The notes below the pieces were generated by a model. It saw only the letters and a program-made list of their open reading frames with translations, was not told the origin of the DNA and did no database searches. From NCBI GenBank assembly GCA_965197645.1, contig OZ240219.1, positions 96,001 through 160,000 of the forward strand: 64,000 nucleotides of DNA, written 5' to 3'. Every line of letters begins with the position of its first letter. Positions within the stretch are counted from its first letter, which is position 1. The translations under genes were made by a program, and so were the position numbers. The DNA is from Dehalococcoidia bacterium (lineage in GTDB: Bacteria > Chloroflexota > Dehalococcoidia > Plut-88900). Positions 38,267 to 47,049 of this stretch are shown piece after piece.

Positions 38267-39199
38267 TCAGCCTGCGAAGTGCGGCACTACTGTTTCCGCA
38301 ATTTGTTGGTACTGATCCAGCATGCGGTCCGGCGATACTCCGACGTCCAGGACAATATGTGTGACGCCCAGTGCCAAGTACTCCTCGATTGTCTCGATAC
38401 AGTCGGCGGCAGTGCCCACGGCGTTGGCGAAGCCCAGCTGGGCTTCGTCGGTGCCGGCGCGCCGGGTGGACTCTTGGCGCATTACCTCCCAGGCCTCTTC
38501 CATGCTGTCATCGATGCATATCCACATGAAGAGCGCCCACTCCAGGGCATCGGGGTCCCGGCCGTACTCATCGAGGTAGCGCCGGAGGAGCTGCTGGGCC
38601 TCTCGATAGCCGTGGGGCGGGACTATGGTGGGGAAGAAGCCATCGCAGAAGCGGGCTGTGCGGCGAAGTGCCCCCTCGGCAAAGCCTCCGTCCCGGTAGA
38701 CCGGGCCCATCCAGAGAGGCGGGTGGGGCTGCTGGATGGGCCTGGGACGCAGCGTAACATCCTCGAGCTGATGGAACGCCCCTCGATGAGTGACCTCCTC
38801 CTCCGTCAAGAGCCGCTTCAGCACCTGGAGCCGCTCGTCGGAGATGCGGCCCCGGTGACGCATATCCACGCCCATGGCATCGAACTCCCAGCTCCTGCCC
38901 CCAATACCCATGCCCAGTATCAGGCGCCCGTTGGAGAGGATGTCCACGGTAGCGGCGGTCTTGGCCAGTGCCAGGGGGTGCTTGTAGGGCAGCACCAGCA
39001 CCGCAGTGCCCAGCTGAATGCTCTGGGTGGCCTGCGCGACGGCGGACAGGACGGTCAGGGGTTCCAGGTTGGGCTCCAGGGCAAAGTCCGGCGCCCAGAA
39101 GGAATCGAAGCCCCAAGCTTCCGCTTTTTGAGCGACCTCCACCGGCCCGACGATCTCCTCGAGGTGAGTGTACATCAGGCCGAACTTTGTGCGTGGCAT
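38267..39199 (-). CDS. LLM-class flavin-dependent oxidoreductase
   Basis: AEAWGFDSFW, LGTAVLVLPYKHP..LAK..ATVD.LSNGRL.LG, PRPIQQPHPPLW. Confidence 0.92.
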   Translation of the reverse strand: MPRTKFGLMYTHLEEIVGPVEVAQKAEAWGFDSFWAPDFALEPNLEPLTVLSAVAQATQSIQLGTAVLVLPYKHPLALAKTAATVDILSNGRLILGMGIGGRSWEFDAMGVDMRHRGRISDERLQVLKRLLTEEEVTHRGAFHQLEDVTLRPRPIQQPHPPLWMGPVYRDGGFAEGALRRTARFCDGFFPTIVPPHGYREAQQLLRRYLDEYGRDPDALEWALFMWICIDDSMEEAWEVMRQESTRRAGTDEAQLGFANAVGTAADCIETIEEYLALGVTHIVLDVGVSPDRMLDQYQQIAETVVPHFAG

Positions 39200-39265
39200 G
39201 CGTGCTCTCCACCCTGGTACAAAGCCCTAGGAGTGCGGTGATCCCTGCCCCTGGGTGATATGGCT

Positions 39266-40147
39266 CTACTTGTTCTTTCGCTTGGACCGGGGTCCGAATG
39301 GCTCGGGTTGGAAGGGGCCGTCCCGGGCCTGTAGGAACTCTTTCAGGCCACCGCTGCGCTGGGCCATGTCCAGCGGCTTGAAGAAATCGAGGCTGCGGGA
39401 CATGTGAGCTAGGGCCTTGAACTCGTTGTTCAGCAGGAGAGCGTTGCGCAGGCCCATGGCGTAAAGGCCCCGGGTCGCAACGTGGAGGGTCAACTTCGTC
39501 GTCTCCGGTGCGACGAGGGCGATTCGTTCGACGATCTGGAAGCATCGATCGATAAGCTGATCGTGAGGCACGACCTCGTTTACGATGCCGATTCGATGGG
39601 CTTCCTGGGCATCGATGTGGTCGCCGGTCAGAGCGTAGCGCAGCGCTTCTTTGTAGCCGGCGTTGAGCACCCAGAAGAAATTGGTATCGTCTCCCATGCG
39701 CACCTCCGGCTGGCCAAAGACCGCCTGGTCCGAGGCGTAGGTCAGGTGACAGGCGAGGGCGTACCAGGAGGCCCCGGCGAGGCAGTAGCCATTAACCGCA
39801 GCGATGACCGGCTTACTCAGCTCCCAAATCTGGATGATGTTGTCGTTTTCGTACCGGTCTCGGTCGCGCTGTATGTTGATCTGCTCGGCGACGTTGGAGT
39901 CCTCGGGGAGACCGTAGGGCCAGGCCAGCTCCCGGCCGCCCTTGATGTCGTAGCCTGCGGAGAAGGCCCTGCCCGCACCGGTGATGACGATGGCCCGCAC
40001 CTCGGGATCGCGCTCAGCCTCCCTCAAGGCGGTGCTCAGCTCCTCTTCAACCTGCTCGCTGATGGCGTTGAGCACCTCGGGGCGGTTGATGGTGATAAGC
40101 ACGCCCTTGCGCTGCTTCTCGTACAGAATCGATTCGTAGTCCGGTAT
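39266..40147 (-). CDS. Enoyl-CoA hydratase/isomerase family protein; probable ATA start
   Basis: NRPEVLNA, AFSAGYD, KPVIAAVNG, FGQPEV. The typical N-terminal strand PDYESILYEK lies upstream of GTG 40102 and begins at ATA 40147 behind an AGGAGG SD. Confidence 0.88.
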   Translation of the reverse strand: MPDYESILYEKQRKGVLITINRPEVLNAISEQVEEELSTALREAERDPEVRAIVITGAGRAFSAGYDIKGGRELAWPYGLPEDSNVAEQINIQRDRDRYENDNIIQIWELSKPVIAAVNGYCLAGASWYALACHLTYASDQAVFGQPEVRMGDDTNFFWVLNAGYKEALRYALTGDHIDAQEAHRIGIVNEVVPHDQLIDRCFQIVERIALVAPETTKLTLHVATRGLYAMGLRNALLLNNEFKALAHMSRSLDFFKPLDMAQRSGGLKEFLQARDGPFQPEPFGPRSKRKNK

Positions 40148-40162
40148 GGAAACTCTCCCTCC

Positions 40163-40975
40163 TCAGTGGGCCATGATCAGGCCGCCATCCTGGTTAATGG
40201 ACTGGCCGTGTATCCAGGATGCCGCCTTGGTGCAAAGATAGGCTATGAAGTCTCCGACCTCCTCGTCGGTGCCGTTACGCCTGATGGGCGTCGTGCTGGC
40301 CATCTCCTCCCAAGCGTCGCTATGCACCAGATCGTCCATGCGATGGGTGTCTACGGCGCCAGGGCAGACACAGTTGACGTTGATGCCGTGGGGACCCAGC
40401 TCCTTAGCCATCGATTGGGTCATTCCCACTTGGGCAAAGCAGCCGGCGTTGTAGGCCAGGCACTCGGGGTCGCCCTCCTTACCGGCGCCGGAGGACACGT
40501 TGACTATCTTCCCGCCCTCGCCCTGCCTGATCAGGTGCTTGATCACGGCCTTGCTGCACAGGTAGGTGCCCATAATCTTTATGTCTACAACCCTTTCGAA
40601 GATGTCGTCATCCAGGTCGACGATGGGTACCCGGTCCGGGCCCCGGGCGAACGCGGCGTTGTTCACCAGTATGTCCACCCGGCCCAGCTCGGCGACCGTC
40701 TGTTCGACCATGGCGTACACCTGCTCGGCGTTGGCGACGTCGACAACTACCGGCAGTGCCCGACGGCCCAGGTCACGCACCTGCTCCGCCGTGCTCTCGA
40801 TGTCCTTCCAGCCGGCCTTCTTCTCATCGGGCGGGTACCTGGAAGGGTCCCGTCCGGTGCCTGTGACCACCACGTCGGCCCCCAACTGGGCAAGGGCTAC
40901 TGCGGAGGCGCGGCCTATGCCCCGCAGCCGGCCTGCACCCGTGACTATTGCGACCTTACCGTCCAGCTCTCCCAT
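40163..40975 (-). CDS. SDR family oxidoreductase (atypical YxxxC)
   Basis: TGAGRLRGIG, NNAA, S..G, YNAGC in place of YxxxK. Confidence 0.9.
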   Translation of the reverse strand: MGELDGKVAIVTGAGRLRGIGRASAVALAQLGADVVVTGTGRDPSRYPPDEKKAGWKDIESTAEQVRDLGRRALPVVVDVANAEQVYAMVEQTVAELGRVDILVNNAAFARGPDRVPIVDLDDDIFERVVDIKIMGTYLCSKAVIKHLIRQGEGGKIVNVSSGAGKEGDPECLAYNAGCFAQVGMTQSMAKELGPHGINVNCVCPGAVDTHRMDDLVHSDAWEEMASTTPIRRNGTDEEVGDFIAYLCTKAASWIHGQSINQDGGLIMAH

Positions 40976-41039
40976 GAAACCCTCCCTCTAACGAACTCTT
41001 CTTCATAGCAACTAATTTGGTCCCAGCCGACCGCCCTCA

Positions 41040-41105
41040 GAGGTTTTGGGGCTGGGGGAACATACCCCAGGCCCCCGCCAGAGGGAAGTTTCCCTCGGCA
41101 GTCCC
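41040..41105. repeat. REP-like palindromic element
   Basis: ttttgggggctggggg-aacata-ccccaggcccccgcc-agagggaagtttccctc. Same architecture as 45685-45745. Confidence 0.5.
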
Positions 41106-41175
41106 TAAAGCGACAGATGTCTTACTGATTTTCTACTGAAGATATCTAGTACCGGCGTTGCGTAAACAGAATCCG

Positions 41176-41970
41176 TTACTGGAATATGGCGGAGCCCGAG
41201 CCGCCGCTGGCGGCGATCACCTCTCCCGTGATGGACTCGGCTTTTGGCGAGGCGAGGAAGGCTGTCACGTAGCCGATCTCGCTGGCGTCTACGATGCGCC
41301 GTATGGCTATGCTCTCCTCAATTTGCCTCTCCACTTCCTCGACGGATATTCCCTGCTGACTCGCCATCTCTTCATGGTCGGGAGCCGAGCGCTCGGTGAG
41401 GGTCGCGCCGGGATGCACCGTGTTGACCGTAATACCGTAAGATCCCAGTTGGTCCGAGAGGGTCTTGGTCATATGCACCACCGCGGCGTTGCGCATGCCG
41501 CTGATAACCCCGGAGAACCTGCCGGACAACCCGCCGATGTTGATGATCCGCCCCCAGCGCTGGCGCTGCATGTGAGGGGCCACCGCCTTCGAGCACCTGA
41601 AGTAGCCCATGGTCTTAGTGTTGAGGTCCTCCAAGAGGTCCTTCTCGCTGGCCTCATTCAGGTGCCCCTGAACCATGCCGCCCACAACGGCCGCGTTGTT
41701 CACCAGTATATCGACCTTACCCAAGGCATCGACGGTGCTCCTGACCAGGTTTTCAATGGACTCGGTGCTGGTCGTGTCGGTCTGGACGGGAAGAATACGG
41801 CGACCGGTCGCTTCGGCGAGCTCGGCGGCCGCCTCCTCCAGGGGCTCCATGCGACGGGCGCAGATGACCACGTCCACCCCTTCCATCCCCAGCTCCTTCG
41901 CTACCGCTTTGCCAATTCCCATGCTGCCGCCTGTGACTATGGCTGCTTTACCGGTCAGTTCCAGGTCCAC
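41176..41970 (-). CDS. SDR family oxidoreductase (lacks catalytic Tyr)
   Basis: MDLELTGKAAIVTGGSMGIG, NNAA, SGMRNAA at the active-site position. GTG start at 41970 after GGAGG. Confidence 0.88.
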   Translation of the reverse strand: MDLELTGKAAIVTGGSMGIGKAVAKELGMEGVDVVICARRMEPLEEAAAELAEATGRRILPVQTDTTSTESIENLVRSTVDALGKVDILVNNAAVVGGMVQGHLNEASEKDLLEDLNTKTMGYFRCSKAVAPHMQRQRWGRIINIGGLSGRFSGVISGMRNAAVVHMTKTLSDQLGSYGITVNTVHPGATLTERSAPDHEEMASQQGISVEEVERQIEESIAIRRIVDASEIGYVTAFLASPKAESITGEVIAASGGSGSAIFQ

Positions 41971-42096
41971 TGCGACCTCCCTGAGTGGGTGTGGATTTGT
42001 TGTTGCCGGCGTATTGTATCGCAAACGGCCGCGGTGGGTATGGTGGCGAACATCGGGTATAATCGTTCCATCCATAGCCGACCCTTGGAGGAGCCT

Positions 42097-43710
42097 ATGC
42101 CCGCCGATCTCATCTTCATCAATGGACAAGTTTTGACCGTGGACGACCGGTTCTCAGTCCACGAAGCCTTGGCGACGGACGAGAACCGCATTCTCGCCGT
42201 GGGCAGCACGGATGAGGTGTCGGAGCTCCGTGGGCCCAACACCCAGGTGCTGGACCTGAAGGGCCGAGCGCTTCTCCCGGGCCTGATCGACGCTCACTGC
42301 CACCTGGCATCCCACGGCTTCGATCTGATGGGCGTCAGGGTGCGCTATCCCGAGGTCCAGTCCATCGCGGACGTCCAGGCAAAGGTGAGGGAGGCGGTGT
42401 CCCAGGCCAAGGCAGGTGAGTGGATATCGGGATCGGGCTGGGACCAGCGGAGACTGGAAGAGCAGAGAATGCCCAACCGGGCCGACCTGGACGCCGTCGC
42501 ACCGAACAACCCGGTGGTCCTTGGCAGGGCCTGCGGTCACATATCGTCGGTCAATTCCAGGGCCCTGGAGTTGGCCCGGCTCCACGAAGAGGTGGCCGAC
42601 CCGCCCGGAGGTCGCTATGGTCGAGACGACGACGGCCGGTTGAACGGGGTGCTGTTCGAGACGGCGCAGGCGCCCGTACAGGCGATCACCCAGCCCGAAG
42701 AAGAGGAGCTGAGAAAGGCGCTCATCGAGGGGTCGAAGCACTACCTCTCCTATGGCATCACCAGCATCCACGATGCGGGCGGGCACTCGGGGGACCAGTT
42801 CCGCATGCTCAACTCGCTCCAGGAGACCCAAGTAAAGCTGCGGGTCTACAACTTCGCCATCGATATGGTGGACCCGGAGGGCTACCTGGACAACTGCGTC
42901 GCCGCGGGGATGTCGACGGGACTGGGCACGCCGTGGGTAAAGGTGGGGGCCTGCAAGTTCGTCACCGACGGCAGTACCAGCGGCCCGACCTGCGCCACTC
43001 GCAAACCGTACGATTCCGACCCCCACGATACCGGCATCATCTACTACGAACAGGAGCAGATGGACGCCCTGTACGACAAGGCCCATAAGGGCGGCTTCCA
43101 GCTTACGGCCCACGCCGTGGGCGATCGGGCCATAGATATGGTGGTCACGTCCATGGAGCGGGCCTTCGCCGACCGGCCAATCCAGGACCCGCGGCCCCGC
43201 ATCGAGCACTGCGCTCTCCTGGACCTGGAGCTGATCGAACGGATCAGAAGGTTGGGCCTGTGCCCGGCAGCCCAGCCCGTATTTTTCAACGAGTTCGGAG
43301 ACGGCTACCTGAGGGACTACGGCGAACGGACCAGGTACATGTTTCCCGCCAGGACGTTGCTGGAGCACGGGATTCCGGTGGCCGCCAGTTCAGACTCTCC
43401 GGTAACCACCAACGACCCCTACATGGGCATGTACGAGGCGATGACGCGAGCTACTTCCGGCGGACAGACTGTCTACTCCGAGGAGACGGTGACCATCGAG
43501 CAGGCGATACGGATGTACACCCGCAACGGCGCCCACGCCGCGTTCGAGGAGTCGATAAAGGGCACTTTGGAGCCTGGCAAGTTGGCCGACTTGGCTATAC
43601 TTTCAGGGCCAATCCTGGGCTTGGGAGCCGACGATGTCCGGCAGCTCGGGGCGGACATGACTGTAGTCGGTGGGGAGATCGTCCACGATAGGGGACGCAT
43701 CTCGGCGTAG
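42097..43710 (+). CDS. Amidohydrolase family 3 (YtcJ/NfdA-like)
   Basis: PGLIDAHCH, HAVGDRA, RIEHC, SSDSP, GTLEPGKLADL. ATG 42097 after GGAGGAG. Confidence 0.9.
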   Translation: MPADLIFINGQVLTVDDRFSVHEALATDENRILAVGSTDEVSELRGPNTQVLDLKGRALLPGLIDAHCHLASHGFDLMGVRVRYPEVQSIADVQAKVREAVSQAKAGEWISGSGWDQRRLEEQRMPNRADLDAVAPNNPVVLGRACGHISSVNSRALELARLHEEVADPPGGRYGRDDDGRLNGVLFETAQAPVQAITQPEEEELRKALIEGSKHYLSYGITSIHDAGGHSGDQFRMLNSLQETQVKLRVYNFAIDMVDPEGYLDNCVAAGMSTGLGTPWVKVGACKFVTDGSTSGPTCATRKPYDSDPHDTGIIYYEQEQMDALYDKAHKGGFQLTAHAVGDRAIDMVVTSMERAFADRPIQDPRPRIEHCALLDLELIERIRRLGLCPAAQPVFFNEFGDGYLRDYGERTRYMFPARTLLEHGIPVAASSDSPVTTNDPYMGMYEAMTRATSGGQTVYSEETVTIEQAIRMYTRNGAHAAFEESIKGTLEPGKLADLAILSGPILGLGADDVRQLGADMTVVGGEIVHDRGRISA

Positions 43711-43740
43711 CGAACAGGATGATACGTGCTGAAAAAACAC

Positions 43741-43860
43741 GGGGTGTGCAGAGGGGCTGCGCCCCTCTGCAGGGAGTCTGAGAGCCTGCCCTGAGCCCGC
43801 CGAAGGGGTGTCCCTCAGATATTATTTCCGCCCCCTTTCCTGGGCAGTAAGGGGACCATG
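43741..43860. repeat. Composite REP-like element with nested palindrome
   Basis: GGGGTGTGCAGAGGGG-ctgcg-CCCCTCTGCA hairpin, then a TCTGAG...GGTGTCCCTCAGA hairpin interrupted by agcctgccctgagcccgccgaagg. Confidence 0.65.
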
Positions 43861-43922
43861 GGGACGGTCGCAGGAGTCTTACAGCAGCCCGATAGGGTTC
43901 GAGCTTTGACTGGAGACCGGAT

Positions 43923-44582
43923 ATGAACGGAGTTCACGATATGGGCGGCATGCACGGGTTCGGGCCTGTGGCACCCGAGGAGAACGAGCCCGTTTTCCAC
44001 GAGGAGTGGGAAGGCCGGGTGTTCGGGATGTCGGTGGGATTCGGAGGGAAGCTGCGGGTCGGCGGCCGCTTCGAGCTGGAGAGTCTGGACCCGGCAGACT
44101 ACCTGAGTTTCAGCTACTACCAGAAGTGGCTGCAGGCGATGGAGAACTCGCTGGTGGAACGGGGCGTTGTTACCGCCGACGAGCTGGAAGCGAAAATCGA
44201 GCACTATCGCCGGAACCCCGAGACGCCGGTGCCGAGACTGGAGGACCCCGAGCGGGTGCCGCGGTCGATAAGCCGGCTCAGGCTTCATTACTCCCCGGTG
44301 GTGGAATCGGACGTCGTTCCCCGATACAGCATCGGAGACCGGGCGAGGGCGCGCAACGTCAACCCGCCGGGACATACCCGTCTGCCCAGGTACATCCGGG
44401 GTAAGCTGTGCGTAATCGCCGGGTACTACGGCATCCACGAGCTGCAGGACACGGAAAACAGCGGAGACCCCCAGCCGGTGTATAGCGTTCGGTTCGAAAG
44501 CGCGGAGCTGTGGGGTGAGACCGCCGAGCAGAACCAGGCGCTTTACATAGACATGTGGGAGAGCTACCTGGAGCCCGCCTAG
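43923..44582 (+). CDS. nthB: Nitrile hydratase beta subunit
   Basis: MNGVHDMGGMHGFG, FHEEWE, SYYQKW, GHTRLPRYIRGK, ELWG, WESYLE. Confidence 0.96.
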   Translation: MNGVHDMGGMHGFGPVAPEENEPVFHEEWEGRVFGMSVGFGGKLRVGGRFELESLDPADYLSFSYYQKWLQAMENSLVERGVVTADELEAKIEHYRRNPETPVPRLEDPERVPRSISRLRLHYSPVVESDVVPRYSIGDRARARNVNPPGHTRLPRYIRGKLCVIAGYYGIHELQDTENSGDPQPVYSVRFESAELWGETAEQNQALYIDMWESYLEPA

Positions 44583-44594
44583 AGGAGCAGATAT

Positions 44595-45218
44595 ATGAGT
44601 GGCCAGCATAAATCGGAGCATCACCCGCAGCCGGAATCCTACTCAGCCATGCGCACCAAGGCTTTGGAGTCGCTTCTGGTGGAGAAGGGCCTGATAAGAA
44701 GCGACGTCGTGGACGAGATAGTCCGGACATATGAACAGGACATCGGGCCGTTGAACGGCGCCAAGGTGGTGGCCCGGGCCTGGGTAGACCCCGACTACAA
44801 AAAGAGGCTCCTCGGAAATGGGACCCAAGCTGTGGCGGAGATGGGGTATGAGGGCGCTGAGGGGGCCGAGATTGTGGTGCTGGAGAACACCCCCGACGTA
44901 CACAACGTGGTGGTATGTACTCTGTGCTCCTGCTATCCGTGGCCGGTACTCGGTCTGCCGCCCACCTGGTACAAGTCGCCGGCATATCGGTCCAGGGCGG
45001 TGCTGGAGCCCCGGTCCGTCCTCAAGGAGTTCGGCCTGGAGCTGGACGACTCGGTGGAGGTGAGGGTGTGGGACAGCAACTCGGAGGTCCGGTACATGGT
45101 GCTGCCCGATCGCCCCGAGGGGACGGAGGGGTTGAGCGAAGAGGGGCTGGTGCCCCTGGTAACCCGTGATTCGATGATCGGGGTTGCGAAAGCCTCGACA
45201 CCGGCGGCGGTGGGATAG
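44595..45218 (+). CDS. nthA: Nitrile hydratase alpha subunit, cobalt type
   Basis: VCTLCSCY claw motif; Thr and Tyr at these positions indicate Co-type. Confidence 0.97.
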   Translation: MSGQHKSEHHPQPESYSAMRTKALESLLVEKGLIRSDVVDEIVRTYEQDIGPLNGAKVVARAWVDPDYKKRLLGNGTQAVAEMGYEGAEGAEIVVLENTPDVHNVVVCTLCSCYPWPVLGLPPTWYKSPAYRSRAVLEPRSVLKEFGLELDDSVEVRVWDSNSEVRYMVLPDRPEGTEGLSEEGLVPLVTRDSMIGVAKASTPAAVG

Positions 45219-45228
45219 GAGTTTCGCC

Positions 45229-45570
45229 ATGCCCGTATCACCGGACAGACAGGTCTCCGACATGAAGGGAAAGTCGGCCCCGCCTCGGAGTAACGGGGAG
45301 CTGGTGTTCCAGGCGCCCTGGGAAGGTCGGGCCTTCGGGCTGGCGGTGGCCATGAACCACGACGGGCGCTACGAGTGGACCGACTTCGCCGGCAACCTGG
45401 TAGCAGAAATCGCTGAGTCCGAGAAGAGTCGTGCTTCCCAGGTATACTACGAGCAGTGGTTGGCGGCGTTAGAGAAGCTGGCCATCTCCAGAGGTATGGT
45501 CTCGAAAGAGGAGTTGGACGCGCGGACCGAGGAGTTCGCCTCCGGGCAGCAAGACGACCACGATCACTAG
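45229..45570 (+). CDS. Nitrile hydratase accessory/activator protein (P14K-like)
   Basis: PPRSNGELVFQAPWEGRAF, YYEQWLAALE, His/Asp-rich C-terminus. Lies directly after nthA. Confidence 0.9.
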   Translation: MPVSPDRQVSDMKGKSAPPRSNGELVFQAPWEGRAFGLAVAMNHDGRYEWTDFAGNLVAEIAESEKSRASQVYYEQWLAALEKLAISRGMVSKEELDARTEEFASGQQDDHDH

Positions 45571-45586
45571 CAGACTGATGACATCT

Positions 45587-45745
45587 GGGGTGTGCAGAGG
45601 GGTTTCGCCCCTTTTCCGGGAGCCTGAGGATAGCCCCCAACCCCGCGTTAATCTGCCCTCCCACCCACTCTGAGAAGTTTTAGATTTTGGGGGCGCATCC
45701 CCCCAAAACCCCCGCCTTGGGACACGAGTGTCCCGAGGCTCCCAG
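45587..45745. repeat. REP-like element cluster
   Basis: GGGGTGTGCAGAGGGG (identical 16-mer to 43741-43756) ...gggagcctgag. Second unit ttttgggggcgcatcccccaaaa-cccccgcc-ttgggacacgagtgtcccga. Confidence 0.65.
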
Positions 45746-45838
45746 TCACTTGTTTAACCAGCCCCAGTCCTGCCCATAAGGGAAAGAAACCCTCTGCGCT
45801 CCCTCAATGCTGGATTCTGAGACAAGCTCAAAAGTAAC

Positions 45839-46717
45839 ATGACCGAGTGGGTTGGGAGTTTCAAGAAAGCCATCGGAGGGCAGGACGTGAGGGCCGCCCT
45901 AGACGTGCTGGCAACCCGATCGACGGACCACGCCGGCACGCCGAAGAAGGCGGACAAGGAGTTGGCCCTCGAGGCGGTCATGGAGTCACTGGACGCGGAC
46001 GAGAGCCGGCACCAGCTAGCGATATCGCTATCGCGGGAGCCCGAGCCGGTGGCGCAGGAGTTGGCAGCGTTAATCCTGGCCTGTACCTATCCGGTGAGTC
46101 CCAAAGAATCGATCGATATCCTCTACCGGATCTGCGACCATGAAAACTGGGAAGTGCGCGAGTACGCTGCCGGCACCCTCGGCACGCTGCTCACCGAACA
46201 TTGGGACGATCTCTATCCGGTGTGCCTGCGCTGGGTGACGGACCCTTCCGAGAACATCCGTCGGGCCGTGGTGTTGGCGGCCAAGTACACGGCTCGATCT
46301 CGCAAGGCTGAGTGGAGCGTCCCTCTCCTCGACCTGATCGAGCCGCTGCTATCGGACCGGACGGAGTACGTGAGGAAGAACCTGGGGCCTTTCGCCATCG
46401 GAGACGGGTTTCTCCGATACTACGAGGAAGAGACGCTGAAACGGCTGCCTGTGTGGAGCAGATCGGAGAACGAGGCGGTGCTGTGGAACGTGGCCATGAC
46501 CTTCTCGGCCTCCGATGGGGCAAAGCACCTTACATTGGCCCTGGATCTGCTGGGCAAGCTGGCGGAGGATGAGCGGCCCTTTGTGTGGCGGGCGGCTGCA
46601 TCTGCGCTGAGGACTCTGGCCCGTAAGCGTCCGCAGGAGGTGACTCCGGTGTTGGAGACGTGGCTGGATGGACCTCGGCGTCAATGCGCGGAAAGGGCGC
46701 TGGGGAAGAAGAGATAA
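45839..46717 (+). CDS. HEAT-repeat protein, DNA alkylation repair (AlkD-like) family
   Basis: Repeated D.nwEVRe.A / D.SENIRRA / DRTEYVRKN / DERPFVWRAAA..LR helical units. Confidence 0.7.
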   Translation: MTEWVGSFKKAIGGQDVRAALDVLATRSTDHAGTPKKADKELALEAVMESLDADESRHQLAISLSREPEPVAQELAALILACTYPVSPKESIDILYRICDHENWEVREYAAGTLGTLLTEHWDDLYPVCLRWVTDPSENIRRAVVLAAKYTARSRKAEWSVPLLDLIEPLLSDRTEYVRKNLGPFAIGDGFLRYYEEETLKRLPVWSRSENEAVLWNVAMTFSASDGAKHLTLALDLLGKLAEDERPFVWRAAASALRTLARKRPQEVTPVLETWLDGPRRQCAERALGKKR

Positions 46718-46721
46718 ACGA

Positions 46722-46754
46722 AGGGGGCGTACCGATGACATCGGTACGCCCCCT
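46722..46754. terminator. Hairpin between convergent genes, probable bidirectional terminator
   Basis: AGGGGGCGTACCGA-tgaca-TCGGTACGCCCCCT perfect 14-bp stem. Confidence 0.75.
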
Positions 46755-46779
46755 ATTCTGCGTTTCCAGGTGTGACGAG

Positions 46780-47043
46780 CTAACCGCCGCTGATGGCGGG
46801 GAGGAAGTAGACCTCGCTCTCCTCGGTGACCTTTTCCAGCATGCCCAGAGGGGTCACTTCGCCGTCTACGGCGACGGAGATGTTGCCCCGTATCTTGTTC
46901 TTTTCGACCAGCCGTTCCTTGATGCCCGGAAAGGACTCCTCCAGGCTGTCGATGACCTGCCGCACAGTGGAGCCGGGTACAGTGACCCGGTCCTGACCCT
47001 CGGTCAGGTCTCGCATCAGGGCTGGAATGAATACCTGGGGCAT
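46780..47043 (-). CDS. MoaD/ThiS family sulfur carrier
   Basis: Ubiquitin-like size, C-terminal PAISGG. Confidence 0.9.
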   Translation of the reverse strand: MPQVFIPALMRDLTEGQDRVTVPGSTVRQVIDSLEESFPGIKERLVEKNKIRGNISVAVDGEVTPLGMLEKVTEESEVYFLPAISGG

Positions 47044-47049
47044 GGGGGT

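Noticed and set aside
40148-40165. Possible UGA readthrough fusing the SDR to the in-frame enoyl-CoA hydratase
   Set aside because: The paralogous SDR ends at the same residue (AH) with TAA, no Cys aligns to this position, and a strong SD follows the stop.
39482-41008. Long antisense ORFs (also 50315-51598, 55801-57087, 46660-48150 and others)
   Set aside because: They lie opposite well-supported genes and are expected from GC-rich codon bias. They show no recognisable motifs.
41158-42096. Apparent 850-aa amidohydrolase fusion
   Set aside because: The extension is antisense to the SDR at 41176-41970. The real start is ATG 42097 with a GGAGGAG SD.
43741-45745. CRISPR array or IS element
   Set aside because: The repeats are irregular, degenerate palindromes without regular spacers. 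No cas, transposase or integrase gene is present in the window.
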